Source: Felis catus
Taxonomy: Eukaryota
NCBI RefSeq assembly: GCF_018350175.1
Contig: NC_058368.1
Span: 162,938,001 to 163,002,000 of the forward strand
DNA length: 64,000 nucleotides
Direction: 5' to 3'
The position numbers were made by a program, and so were the translations under genes. The notes beneath the pieces were generated by a model. That model searched no databases, was not told the origin of the DNA, and was given only the letters and a program-made list of their open reading frames with translations. Below are positions 12,618-24,650 of this stretch, piece after piece (position 1 is the stretch's first letter; the number at the start of each line of letters is the position of its first letter).

Positions 12618-14005
12618 CTTTTGAAAAGATAATTTTTTTATTAAATCAGTCAAAAGTTACACAAACAACAAATATGCAGTATCTCTCATGAAATATTTAA
12701 CCTTTTACAAAGCTATTTCCACCAGTATGCTTTTTTTAGTTAACATTTAATTTACACTGAATGTAGCCATTCTACAATCAATCACCATATTCTCTGAAAA
12801 ACACAATTATAAAAGGATATTTGTGGGAATATTGGGAAAGATACAAATATTATAAACCACATATAAATGTGTAGGCACAATTACATGTATATACACAATT
12901 ATGTGTAAATATATACATACACACATACACACACACACACATACAAAACACACATACACACATGTTCCTCTTAAATATGGCATCTGGTAGGTACCCCTGA
13001 CTTTTGTCCCCAGCAAAAAAATACATATCTTAATTATACTACAAATATATTCTACAAATTAATACATTTAGCCTACATATTTACATTGTACAAATGTAAT
13101 AAATACATAATAAATATATGCGAATGTTATATAGTTCACATACTGATGATATATCAACATATTTAATATATAAATTATATAGTATATATTAAACTATATT
13201 TAATATTATTTATTTAAAATATAAGCACACATCATAAGCATACCTTTAAATATCATAAGCATGTATATACACATACATACACACATGGACACATCCTCAT
13301 GGCTTTTTCCACCATGCCTTGCTAAAGTCCAGTTTAAAGTTGTCAAAATGGGTAAATTCATTTTAACATTTTTATAGAACTATACACAACAATAAAGTAC
13401 CCAACACAACAGTGTCAGAAATAGCACTATGAAACCTCAAAATAGACTTCTTCTACTGGGAACAGCAAAAAGATTGTGGAATAAACTTATTAAAAAATGA
13501 ACAAAGTAAAGAAGTCACTAATCTCTTCAGATTCCAAGTACTATGCAGAAGGGCAGCTCCCATTTTGAAATGGTAGGAGTACCTTCAAAAGGGTGTAATC
13601 TTTTTTTTTCTGTTTATTTATGTACTTATTTCTGCTTGTGTGTATGTGTGTTGAGGTCAAAATAAAGGGATTAATTAAAGCATACTGTGGAAGTCATAAG
13701 GAATTACCAAAGTTCTCAAGAGATTTGTAATATATATGAAAACTGACAAAAGATAAACAATTATCCCAAAATATTCTTTCTTCTTCCTATCCCTATCTCT
13801 TAAATGAAAGGGTATCTGATCATGAGAAGATGAAAGATAGGCACATAAATGTTAGTATGGAGCTATAATTAATTAGCTTAATAAACTTGGTAATATAAAT
13901 AGATACAGATGGATGGATGTACACACAAATATCACAGTCTATTTTAAATTTCTAGAGGAAATGGTTTAAATGAATAGTAATTTGTTGTATCTTTTATAAT
14001 CTTAC

Positions 14006-14266
14006 CTTCAGGGTCTGCACTCAATTGATAACGTCCATCACTAATGTATGGAAAAGCAAAGAAAAGTGAGCCAACTCCTACTAAAAAGGAAGAAAATGCA
14101 ATCCATCTTGGTATGTTTCCTCTCCCTCCGTAGTATGATATAAATAGTACTATCAGGCAAGATGAAATATCATAAGTCAAAGATAACACTAAATTTTCAC
14201 TGGTCCCCAGATGATTCTCCTTCTGAAAAGTGTCAATGCTTAGATCTACAAGACCAAACACAATAC
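14006..14266 (-). CDS. SLCO6A1: SLCO6A1 coding exon 2, 261 nt, phase 1-1
   Basis: Acceptor ttttag|GT and donor GAAG|gtaag. Translates GIVFGLVDLSIDTFQKENHL...YDISSCLIVLFISYYGGRGNIPRWIAFSSFLVGVGSLFFAFPY, covering OATP TM1-TM3. Confidence 0.95.
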
Positions 14267-14516
14267 CTAAAATGTACAAAGAAAAAAAAAGAAAGCCATA
14301 GTATGCATTTAAGAGACAAAAAAGAACACCATTATAATCATTACAAAGCAAAACAATTTACATTAAATTTATTTTACATTATTCTGATTGTTTAACCCTA
14401 TAAGCACACGATCCATTTTCTAAAATGCTAACAGACCTTAACCTCTAAGAAATACTTAATAACTGAATTTTTGTACCTATTTACTGAAGAATAGTGATTT
14501 TTTACTGATATTTATT

Positions 14517-16157
14517 GTATTTATTTTTGAATTTTTTTCCTTTTTTTTAGAGTGGTTTTAATTTTTTTAATTTACACCCAAATTAGTTACCATATAGCAC
14601 AACAATGATTTCAACATTGCCCTTAATGCCCCTTACCCATTTAGCCCATCCCCCCCCCACAACCCCTCCATAACCGTCTGTTTGTTCTCCATATTTAAGA
14701 GTCTCTTATGTTTTGTCCCCCTCCCTGTTTTTATATTATTTTTGTTTCCCTTCCCTTATGCTCATCTGTTTTGTCTCTTAAAGTCCTCATATGAGTGAAG
14801 TCATATGATATTTCTCTTTCTCTGACTCATTTCACTTAGCATAATACCCTCCAGTTCCACCCACATAGTTGCAAATGGCAAGATTTCATTCTTTTGGATT
14901 GCCGAGTAATACTCCATTGTATATATATATACCACATCTCCTTTATCCATTCATCCATCTATAGACATTTGTGCTCTTTCCATACATTGGCTATTGTTGA
15001 TAGTGCTGCTATAAACATTACGGTGCATCTGTCCCTTCGAAACAGCGCACCTGTATCCCTTGGATAAATACCTAGTAGTGCAATTGCTGGGTCGTAGGGT
15101 AGTTCTATATTTCATTTTTTTTAAATTTTTTTAATGTTTATTTATTTTTGAGACAATGCGAGAGACAGAGTGCAAGCAGCGGAGGGGCAGACAGAGGGAG
15201 ACACAGAATCTGAAGCAGGCTCCAGGGCTTGAGCTGTCAGCCCAGAGCCCGACGCGGGGCTCAAACTCACAAGCTGTGAGATCATGACCTGAGCTGAAGT
15301 TGGACGCTTAACCGACTGAGCCATTCAGGCACCCCTATTTTTAATTTTTTGAGGAACTTTCATACTGTTTTCCAGAGTGGCTGCACCAGCTTGCTTTCCC
15401 ACCAACAATGCAAAAGAGATCCTCTTTCTCTGTACCCTCGCCAACATCTGTTGTTGCCTGAGTTGTTAGTTTAGCCATTCTGACACGTGTAAGGTGGTAT
15501 CTCATTGTGGTTTTGATTTGTATTTCCCTGATGATGAGTGATGTTGAGCATTTTTTCATGTGTCGGTTGGCCATCTGGATGTCTTCTTTGGAGAAGTGTC
15601 TATTCATGTCTTTTGCCCATTTCTTCACTTGATTATTTGTTTTTTGGGTGTTGAGTTTGATCAGTTCTTTATAGATTTTGGATACTAATCCTTTACCTGG
15701 TATGTCATTTGCAAATATCTTCTCCCATTCTGCCGACTGCCTTTTAGTTTTGCTGATTGTTTCTTTCGCTGTGCGAAACTTTTTATATTGATGAGGTCCC
15801 AGTAGTTCATTTTTGCTTTTGTTTCCCTTGCCTCTGAAGATGTATTGACTAAGAAGTTGCTGTGGCCAAGATCAAAGAGGTTTTTTCCTGCTTTCTTCTT
15901 GAGGATTTTGATGGCTTCCTGCCTTACATTTAGGTCTTTCAGCCATTTTGAGTTTATTTTTGTGTATGGTGTAAGAAAGTGGTCCAGGTTCATTCTTCTG
16001 CATGTCGCTGTCCAGTTTTCCACTTGCTGAAGAGACTGTCTTTATTCCACTGGATATTCTTTCCTGCTCTGTCAAAGATTAGTTGGCCATACATTTGTGG
16101 GTCCATTTCTGGGTTCTCTATTCTGTTCCATTGATCTGAGTGTCTGTTTTTGTGCCA
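14517..16157 (-). mobile_element. 5'-truncated carnivore L1 (ORF2 C-terminus and 3'UTR)
   Basis: ORF2 peptides [30 protein letters not shown] and LDHFLTPYTKINSKWLKDLNVR. TSD actgatatttatt at 14504-14516 and 16158-16170. Confidence 0.93.
15113..15335 (-). mobile_element. Can-SINE nested in L1
   Basis: Reverse SINE interrupting L1 ORF2. Confidence 0.9.
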
Positions 16158-19100
16158 ACTGATATTTATTTTAATGTATTCATTTCAATCATAGAATATG
16201 AATAAATAACAATCTAATAATTATGTTTATCTACTACCCAGATCAAGAAATAAAACATTTTCAAAATATTTGAAGCCCAATATGTACTCCCCAAACACAC
16301 TCCTCTCTCTCTCTCCATAACGCACATCCTAGATTTGAAGTTTATCATTTCTGACCCTTTTAAACACTTTTTTTTTTTGACAATGTGTATATCCTTGAAT
16401 AATACAGGAATTGTTTGTCATGTTCCTGAACATTAAATAAATGGTATCCTACGGGTGCTTTTCTATCCCTCAGTATCCAACTAGGAAAAACTATGCTAAA
16501 TATTTGAAAGAAAAATAAATTGATATAGACATTGGTTACCAAAATAATACATTTTTTTGGAATGAAAAGGGAAAAGAGTTACTTATCAAAACTCAGGATC
16601 CCTACGACAGGGGAGGTTGCGGGAGCATGGGCCACTGCTGCTGCTCCAGCTGGAATTGCCATCACCGCCTCTTTTGCAGGAAGCCAGGACCCACATGATG
16701 CTTTGAGAGCCAACTCACAGCCACCCACTGCTTCTGCTGCTCTTGCAGTTGCAGACCTACAACCATAAGCACTGTTGCTGCTGATGAAGCTGAAGTGATT
16801 CCTGAGCATAAATCCAGGGGCTTTTCCTCACCAAGCATTGCTGCTCTTGCCAAAAACATCACCACAGACAGAGAGGAAAAAACAAAAAAGAGGCCTTCCT
16901 TTGCCCGTTTTGCAAATCTACTGCCATAGCCTCTCACTGGCACCACCTAAGTGGAAGCCAGAGAGAAAGAAAGGCTGGGAATTGTAGTTTACAAGCTCCC
17001 AGTCCCCTTTGTAAATAGAGGAATGAGTCCAGACCGTGAATGATGAAGTTTATGGCCAACAGACAAGTAACTTGAGAGCTCACCCTTTAGACTACTCAGG
17101 ACATATTTTCACCCTTCTTCTATTTAAACTAACATACCAAATTAACAGGGACACCATCATGTTTCTGCCTAACATTTTGCAATTATCATTCTTACAAACA
17201 TGTTCTCACTCTTTCCCTCAAAAGCAGAGACACACAGTCCAACCAGTCATCATATATATCTCAAGGTAATGCGAATCCATCTTCTAGTTCAATCGCAAAC
17301 CTGAATGGATTTTCTCAATACAAAAAGTAAATTGCAAAGGTATAAATGGTATAAAAGGTATAAATAACTAGTCAAAGACATCATAGACTTAACTAAATTT
17401 GCAAGGGAACTACATTGAAAAAGAAACCGTAAGTCAAACTTAGAGCAACAACAGTTTAACAGAGCAAGACCAGGAGGAAACAAGGTATAAAAATGTTGCT
17501 GCATCAAAGAGAAGAATTTTCCTCAACTCTCATTTTAGATGTGGCCAAGGGGAATAATGGCCAAAGCAAGAAATGTCCTGTCAGTAACTATGTCCAACTC
17601 TGGTGTTGGGATATTAATTTTCTTTCTCAGGGATATTCTGTAACCTAGAGATAAATTTGCAACATTATCTCCCATAATACTCTTTGATCAAATAAAAAGG
17701 GAAAAAGAAAAATATTGGAATACACACACACACAAATGTATACATGGTTGTGTTTGTGTACACATAAAACAAATGAGAGAAAAATGCATCATTGTTGTTT
17801 TTATTTCTCTAAATAGTTATGCAAACACAGTTGATGTTTATAACCCCCTTCTTCCACTATTCACCCCCTCTTGTACTTCTTGATCACATATGACATGTGT
17901 AGGCTGCTATCTCAAAGCATATGCCTCACCCTACAGGACAGCATCCCCATTTTTTTATTGTTGTCTCCTAGCTGGACCTTACCTGAGTCCTCTATAGGAC
18001 ATTATAATCATCTATAAGACCAAGAATTTTGGGTTATGGAGATATGTAGTAAGATCAGTGAATTCCATGAACATGAACATCCTGATACATTTCTTCTCCT
18101 ATAAAATGAGTTCCTTCATTTAAAGCAATGTGATAATAAGTGATCATGACAGTATATAAGGCATTCAATAAGTGCAATAGCCATATCAATGATGGTCAAG
18201 ATGAATTATGCATCCAGCTCTTTCATAACCTCCATTCTTGACGCAGTTGCCACTATAAATATGAGCCCACTGAACAAGACATGCAGTGACTGGGGAAAGC
18301 GGCTGGCTAATTTCACAGTATGGTTATCTATCTCATTGTTGAACGCTTTCTCTGTAATGGATTTCTTTGGTGAACATCCACAAAGGAGAACTATGCCCAT
18401 TTAAATAGACATAACACTTTCCCAGTTCTCCTCTAGTTACCAAATGGTCAAACCATTAGGCAATGGCAGCATGCCATTCTAGGCAATATAGATAACCAGA
18501 TATACTTCTTAATGTTCTGCCCACTGGGAATATTTCCTTTTTCCTCTACTTTTTTTAGGGCCGACCCTGAGTGGAGCTACAGTGTGACTATCTACCATAA
18601 CATATTTCCACCTTCAAAAAACTATAGGTTCACTAAAGATTATGTTTCTTAATAGTGAGTAGAACAAGTGAAGAAACTTTCCTTCACTTTAGAAGAGGTA
18701 GCCCTCACACTCCAAACCAGTCATTCCCTAGACACGTCACTGAACTGGCAGGGAAATTTTTGGTGTATATTATCTCCCAGGTTTGATTTTATGTTAGTCA
18801 TTCTATGAAGGCTGGGATCTAATTCTAGTTATGTTTCAGGCAACAGTAAGGGGTGGTGGGGTAGATCATAAGGGCAACCAGCACTCCCTTCACTTGGGTG
18901 AGGTAAGGTTAATATTTTCAAGCAAGTAATTGATTTTTCTTCAGACATAGGAGAAATATTTGTTCCTACTGGGAAAGGAAGTTCAGGATTTGGGGATTTA
19001 TGGTCCTCAGACTCATTCAATTCCCCAAATGCCTTGATCCCAAATCTTGGGGTTCTGCTTTTCCACAATCAATGTCTTAACTCTGACAAAAGTGATCTGA

Positions 19101-19318
19101 TAAATCTGTGAATTGAACTTACGTTGTAATTCGGGGTTGGAAATGATCAAAATATGCAGTGTGTCACTATAAGTGATGAGATTCTCATAGAACCATCAGA
19201 GAAGCTGATACATTTCCCTAATCATGCCCTAAACTTCTCATTTTCTTTCTGTAAACTTTCTAGAACAATCAGAAGCGATCAGTCAACCCTAGAATCTTTG
19301 TAGTCAAAAGTTCTAAAG

Positions 19319-19525
19319 GTGCCTGGATGGCTCTGTTGGTTAAGTGTCCAACTCTTGATTTCAGCTCAGGTCATGATCTCACAGTTCCTAAGATGAAGCT
19401 CCCCCTCTCCCCCACCCCCAGCCCCATCAGGCTCTGCACTGACAGCATGGAGCCTGCTTGAGATTCTCTCTCTCCCCCTCTCTCACTGCACCACCCTCCT
19501 GCTCTCACAGTTTGTTTTTTTTTTT
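19319..19525 (+). mobile_element. Older Can-SINE with a T-rich rather than A-rich end
   Basis: gtgcctggatggctctgttggttaagtg head and SINE body, followed by tttgttttttttttt. Confidence 0.8.
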
Positions 19526-19818
19526 CCTGGTTCAATTACAATTCACATTGTAATTTACGGACAAATTAGTTTTATTACATTGGTGAAGCCAAAAGTTTAT
19601 TTTAAAACTTTTCAAAACTTTATATTATATATCATAACTTTTACGAAATAAAAGAATATGACTCTTGATATGCACTCACATACTTTAACTTCTTAGCCAT
19701 ACTTGTCTCTAATAAAATGTTATTCATATTTTTTGGAGAATATATTTTTAATATGATCTTTTGTTTAACTGTTCTCATGAAATTAGCAGCAATTCATTCA
19801 AGTTGCTTTGTATAGTTT

Positions 19819-20500
19819 TGTAGTACAGGGTTAACTCAGCAGGCCGTGGTTGCTCAAAAAAATGCCTGTCTTCAAAACTGGCCTTTGATTGGCTCCTGGA
19901 AAATGACTCTGAACGCTTGTAATATGCTGCCTGTTAAGAGTGCTTTATTACACCCAAGGCCTGGGGCCACACAGAACCAGTAAAAAAGTTTATATTAATA
20001 AGGTAATTTAAGGTGAACATCTGTTGTTGTATGCCTGAGGCCTTGGGCCATGCTGTATCAGTTTGATCAGATAATTTATGCTAACAGTATAATTTCTGGC
20101 AAACGCATGTTTTGTTGTGTGTGTAGGAGTGGGATAATGGAGTCTGAGTAGTTCAGGTCAGTCACACTGATGCTGTATGCTTACATGAGTAATACTTCCC
20201 AAAAACTTGGACACTAAGGCTCACATAAGCTTCCTTTTTTGACAACTCTTTGCATGTGTTATCATACATCGTTGCTGGAAAAATTAAGCATGGCCATGCA
20301 ATTCCACTGGGAAAGGACACACGGAAGCTTGGGCCTGGTCTCTTATGGATTTTGTCCCATGTGTCTTTTCTCTACTGATTTTAATTTGTATCCTTTTATT
20401 GTAACCATGAGGATAAGTCATAACCATGAGGATAACATCTTTCTCTGAGTCCACATCCTTCTAGTGAATCATTCAGCCTGCATGAGGTCTTAGAGACCTC
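19819..20500 (+). mobile_element. MER77-like LTR
   Basis: Starts tgtagtacagggttaactcagcaggcc...ctggcctttgattggctcctgg and ends ctagtgaatcattcagcctg...gagacctc. Confidence 0.6.
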
Positions 20501-22537
20501 AAAAATAATTGTTACTTAATATAAAGCTCCAAAAGACTGTTCACTGTAGATCATATTTTGAGAAAACACTCTCTACAGGTGCATATCTATCTAAAGAAAA
20601 CACTACTAAATAATGTTCGAAGTTCTTTTTTTTTTGTACTGAAATATTTTAGTCAAAATACTCCATTCAGAGAATTATTTACTAATACTTTACAAGACAA
20701 AACTCCTCAAGTAAATTGTCTCTGTGTACAATTATTTTGAATGTTTCACCCAATTTAAATGTGCAAAATCATAGTGTTTCTTAATTTCATTCCAATATAT
20801 GAAAATGAATCAATGTGATTCACTAGATTAATATAATAAAGGAGAAAACCCACACAAACATCAAAAAAAAAAGCATATAGCAAAATCCAAAACACTTTCA
20901 TAATAAAAATACTCAATGAACTAGGAATAGAAAGCAACTTCGTCAAACCAATAAAGCACATATGTGAAAAACCTATAGCATACTTAAAAAGGGAATCAAA
21001 GAGTTATCATAGGATACATCAATTTCACTTCCAGGCATAAAAGCCACAGAAATGAAAATATATGTCCACACAAAAACTTATAAGTCCTGGTTCAATTACA
21101 ATTCATACTGTAACAGTTCTACATGTAAGGAGCTTGGAAGTCACCACTCTGTCCTAACAGACAATAAACTGAACAGACTAAAAAATTAACAGCTCTTCTT
21201 GGAAATGTAACAGAGGAGAAGATGCAGGACAAACCTGACAAGATTGTGCATTACACTGGCATTATAACTCATAGGCCCATACACTTAAATTCTGTATTTG
21301 ATTTCCAAAAATACAAGCTCTGCAGTTCAAAGAAATGAGAACTTATTTTAGGGATGTGATGGGAGCTCTAGAATTCTCAGACCAGGACTTGAGCTGAGAG
21401 TTATCAGAGATGAGTTTGTCATTTTCCCTTCATAAGAGCACTTTTTAAGGGCACTCAAGAGTCCATCCCACACCAGAATCCTTATGGTCATTATCACTTC
21501 CACAAAGTAAAGTGTAGAGACACTTGGGCTTTTAAGATAACATACTTCAACTCCTACTTCATCCCAATCAAACACAAGTGATAGCTTGATTCATTATGAT
21601 GCCATCACATACCAAAAATGACTACCTATCTTCCACTGTCAAACAGCTCAGAACTTCCCTCAAGACGAAAGGAATAATAAAACCAGTCCTAAAAATCCCA
21701 TCTTTATGGGTAGGTCTTCTGGGACTACACCTGATACCAATTTCATAACAGCCTGGATCCAATCAGGCAGGCATGGCCTGAGTCTGGTTATAAGGAGACA
21801 TCAAACATAACCAGGTTGAAGTTCAACATACAGAATGAAAGATCCATATACTTTAAGACTTGTGTGGACATAAGAAACAGGGAAAAAATGAGTAATTGCT
21901 GCAGATTAATGTCTAAAAATGTTCGTGGCAGTTGAGGCATATTGAGGCAGTTGGCGTTATCTGAGTGGCACCACCAATTCCTAATTTGATGATAGTGTTG
22001 CACTGATATTCCTGACTGAAAAGGATGTATACTGTTTATATAGAAAAGTGTCCTCACTTTGGGAAAATTTACACTGAAGTATTTAGCAGTAATGGGGTAC
22101 CATGTCTGAAAGAAGTCTGTAGGTACAGAGAAAAAGTGAAGCAACAAATGTGGTAAAATGTAAACAACTAGAAAATCTGGGTGTATGAGCCATAGGAATT
22201 CTTTGTATCACTTTGCACCCTTTCTGCATGTTTCAAATTATTTCAAAATTGTTTAAAATGTAACAATAAATAAGAAATAGATCAACTGATAAATATATAT
22301 GCAGAGATATATCATTTTTATGAATGGAAAACTCAACGTTATACCCAACTGAGCTAATAACCTGTATGAAGTCATTAGTAAGTAGTGGAGCTAAAAACAT
22401 TCACTGTAAACCAGTTGCTCAAAAACCTCCAATGGCTCTTCATTACTAGCCTAATAAGAAGATTCTATTTAGTGAGTTAACACCTGTAAAGCTTCTTACT
22501 CATCACCTAGCACATTAATAAAAAATAAACGCCTTTT

Positions 22538-22765
22538 GGGGTGCCTGGGTGGCTCAGTCGGTTAAGCGTCTGACTTCAGCTCAGGTCATGATCTCACAGT
22601 TCGTGAGTTCAAGCCCCACGTCGGGCTCTGTGCTGACAGCCTGGAATCTGCTTCAGATTCTGTGTCTTCCTCTCTCTCTGCCACTCCCCTCCCCCCCCCC
22701 CTTGTGGTCTGTCTCTCTCTCTCTCAAAATAAACATTTAAATAAATAAATAAATAAATAATAAAC
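22538..22765 (+). mobile_element. Can-SINE
   Basis: Full SINE with (TAAA)n tail, TSD aaac(g/a)cctttt. Confidence 0.9.
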
Positions 22766-23859
22766 AAACACCTTTTAGTATCCTTTCAAAATTCTCAGTC
22801 TGGTATTTAAAACCTTAATGTGGTGACAATCTGTCTTTTCCTTTTTTTTTATTGATTTATGCATTCAATACATATTTATTGAGTGTATTTTCTAACTTAG
22901 TCACTATAATTAAGTCCTGGGGAGACACAATGAATAAAATAAATATAATTACTCCTTTTGGTGCTTAGGTGAAACCATCATCCAAACCAAACTTGTCACT
23001 CAACATTCTAGAACAAGGCTTTTCTATATCTGAGTGTTTATTTTTCAAAAAATTCATTCATTGATTTCCTTTTACAATAAATACTCCTTAACTACATCCC
23101 AGCTATCAGAACTGTACTCTTTTATCAAGGCACGATTCAAATGCCTCTTCCCAAGAAACTACTTTAATAAAATCAAGACAAACTGATCACTATTTATGTG
23201 TGCTTCTTGTGATTCTTTTCATATACAGCCTTTTTATTGCACTTACTTAGACATAACATTTTAGAGCAAAAGGGGATCATTTTTGGCAAAGTTCAATGCC
23301 GTCAGTGGAAACAGGCTATGAATCTAAGTAACAGGCGGGGTGATAGCTGTGGCCAAGTAAGAATGCATACCCCCCCCCAAAGGCATTCAAATTCACATTC
23401 TTTGTTAAACTGTTCCCTCCAAGATAAACACCTTCCAGTTTGGGTTCTCTGATATAGATTATTTGAGGTCCCACTTCACCTCCTCAATTCACACATGAGG
23501 AAACAAACTCCAGGCGGGGAGCTGCTCGGCCAGTGCGTGTCTCAAAATTGTGAGCACAAGCAGGAACCCACCAGTGGCCACAGTGTTCAGTTTTACTTTA
23601 ATCCCTCAAGTAATTCAGCCCTGAACTTCTCAGAGTTGGTGACCAAACATCAAATGGCTCAGCACTACCGTCCCTCCAGCGGCTAGCTGGAGGCCGGGCC
23701 CCTGTCACACACACTGTGTTAGGCAGACTGAGTCATCAGGTGCCTGCAGAGGTGAAGCAATGACAGGCGTACAAACCCCAAGTAATGGGCCCTTTCACCT
23801 GTTTTTATTTCAGACGTACCTTGAAAACGTGAGAGTACAGCTGCCTCAAGCTGGTCACC

Positions 23860-24650
23860 ACACAGAGTCCTCTCCCCCACTCACAGCTTGTCCCCCGCCT
23901 CCCCGCCTCAGCAACCCTGAGGCACCCCGCCACAGCCCTCACAACGACCGCCACCCTCTCTCAGGCTCACCTTGAGAGGCGACCAGGATGCAGAAGAAAA
24001 CCAGGAAGCACTGGATGTTGTTGAAACGCTGACAGCTGGGAATCACTATACAGCCCAAGCCACAAGGCCTTTCCAAACTTTCTTTCCCTTCTCGTGTTTT
24101 CTTCCTAAGGGCGGGCCTGGCCACAGCCTGATCGTTCCCCTGTTGTGGGAAAGCGTGGAACTTGATCAGGCTAGCGGAAACCGTCCCCAATTGCAGGGTT
24201 CTTTTCGTGGCGTTCCCGGCCTCCTCGGCCAAGGTGTCCTCAGAAATCTGGGCCGGGGAAGCCTGGGGCCCCATGTCTACTCGGGCGTCCTGCATGGGAC
24301 TGTGGCCTGCGGAGGCCGGGGTCTTGGTTCACAGAGGGCGGCGCTAGGCTAGAGGAGGTGTGCCCTGCGGTTTCCAGGCGCGGCCTGCTCCACCTGCTCC
24401 ACCAAAACGCCGGCGGGCCCGACGTCAGGGAACTGGGGGCCACCGGAGGCACCTGCAGCCCAGGCCTCCAGAGGGAACGTTTCTCCTTGAGCAGAAGGCA
24501 AACGTCCCTGGAAGGGTGACAGTTGCCCAGAGAGAACTTCCAAGGCTGTTTCCTTCTCTGCTTCCACGTGGGGAAGGGGTGGGGGGTGGGGAGGAAGCTA
24601 CTATGACTAGATTCTGATCATTGCCAGCACAAACAGGGGGCGCCAGAGTA
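23860..24650 (-). promoter_or_regulatory. SLCO6A1: CpG island and promoter of SLCO6A1
   Basis: Only extended GC- and CpG-rich non-repeat tract in the window. It spans exon 1 and about 350 bp upstream and contains GC boxes, a CRE-like site and an E-box. Confidence 0.8.
23971..24295 (-). CDS. SLCO6A1: SLCO6A1 (OATP6A1) coding exon 1, 325 nt, ends in phase 1
   Basis: Translates MQDARVDMGP...ESLERPCGLGCIVIPSCQRFNNIQCFLVFFCILVASQG, resembling the OATP6A1 N-terminus/TM1 (human, recalled: SLEQPCGLGCLV...NNIRCFMIFYCILLICQG). Donor CAAG|GTGAG at 23970. In-frame TGA 36 nt upstream of the ATG. Lies in a CpG island. Confidence 0.92.

Larger units (their letters stand above)
16560..21770 (-). mobile_element. 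Decayed ERVL provirus (3' LTR ~16560-17078, internal pieces, PBS ~21725-21739), interrupted by younger elements
   Basis: LTR33/41-like text at 16920-16995, PPT-like aaagggtgag at ~17080, integrase core relic at 18030-18175, Leu-tRNA-like PBS TGGTATCAGGTGTAG. Confidence 0.65.

Noticed and set aside
16532..16946. Ala-rich overlapping ORFs
   Set aside because: Fall within the ERVL LTR relic and are driven by (GCT)n-like low complexity.
23972..24617. Overlapping ORFs antisense or upstream to exon 1
   Set aside because: Expected from stop-poor GC-rich CpG island sequence, with no protein resemblance.
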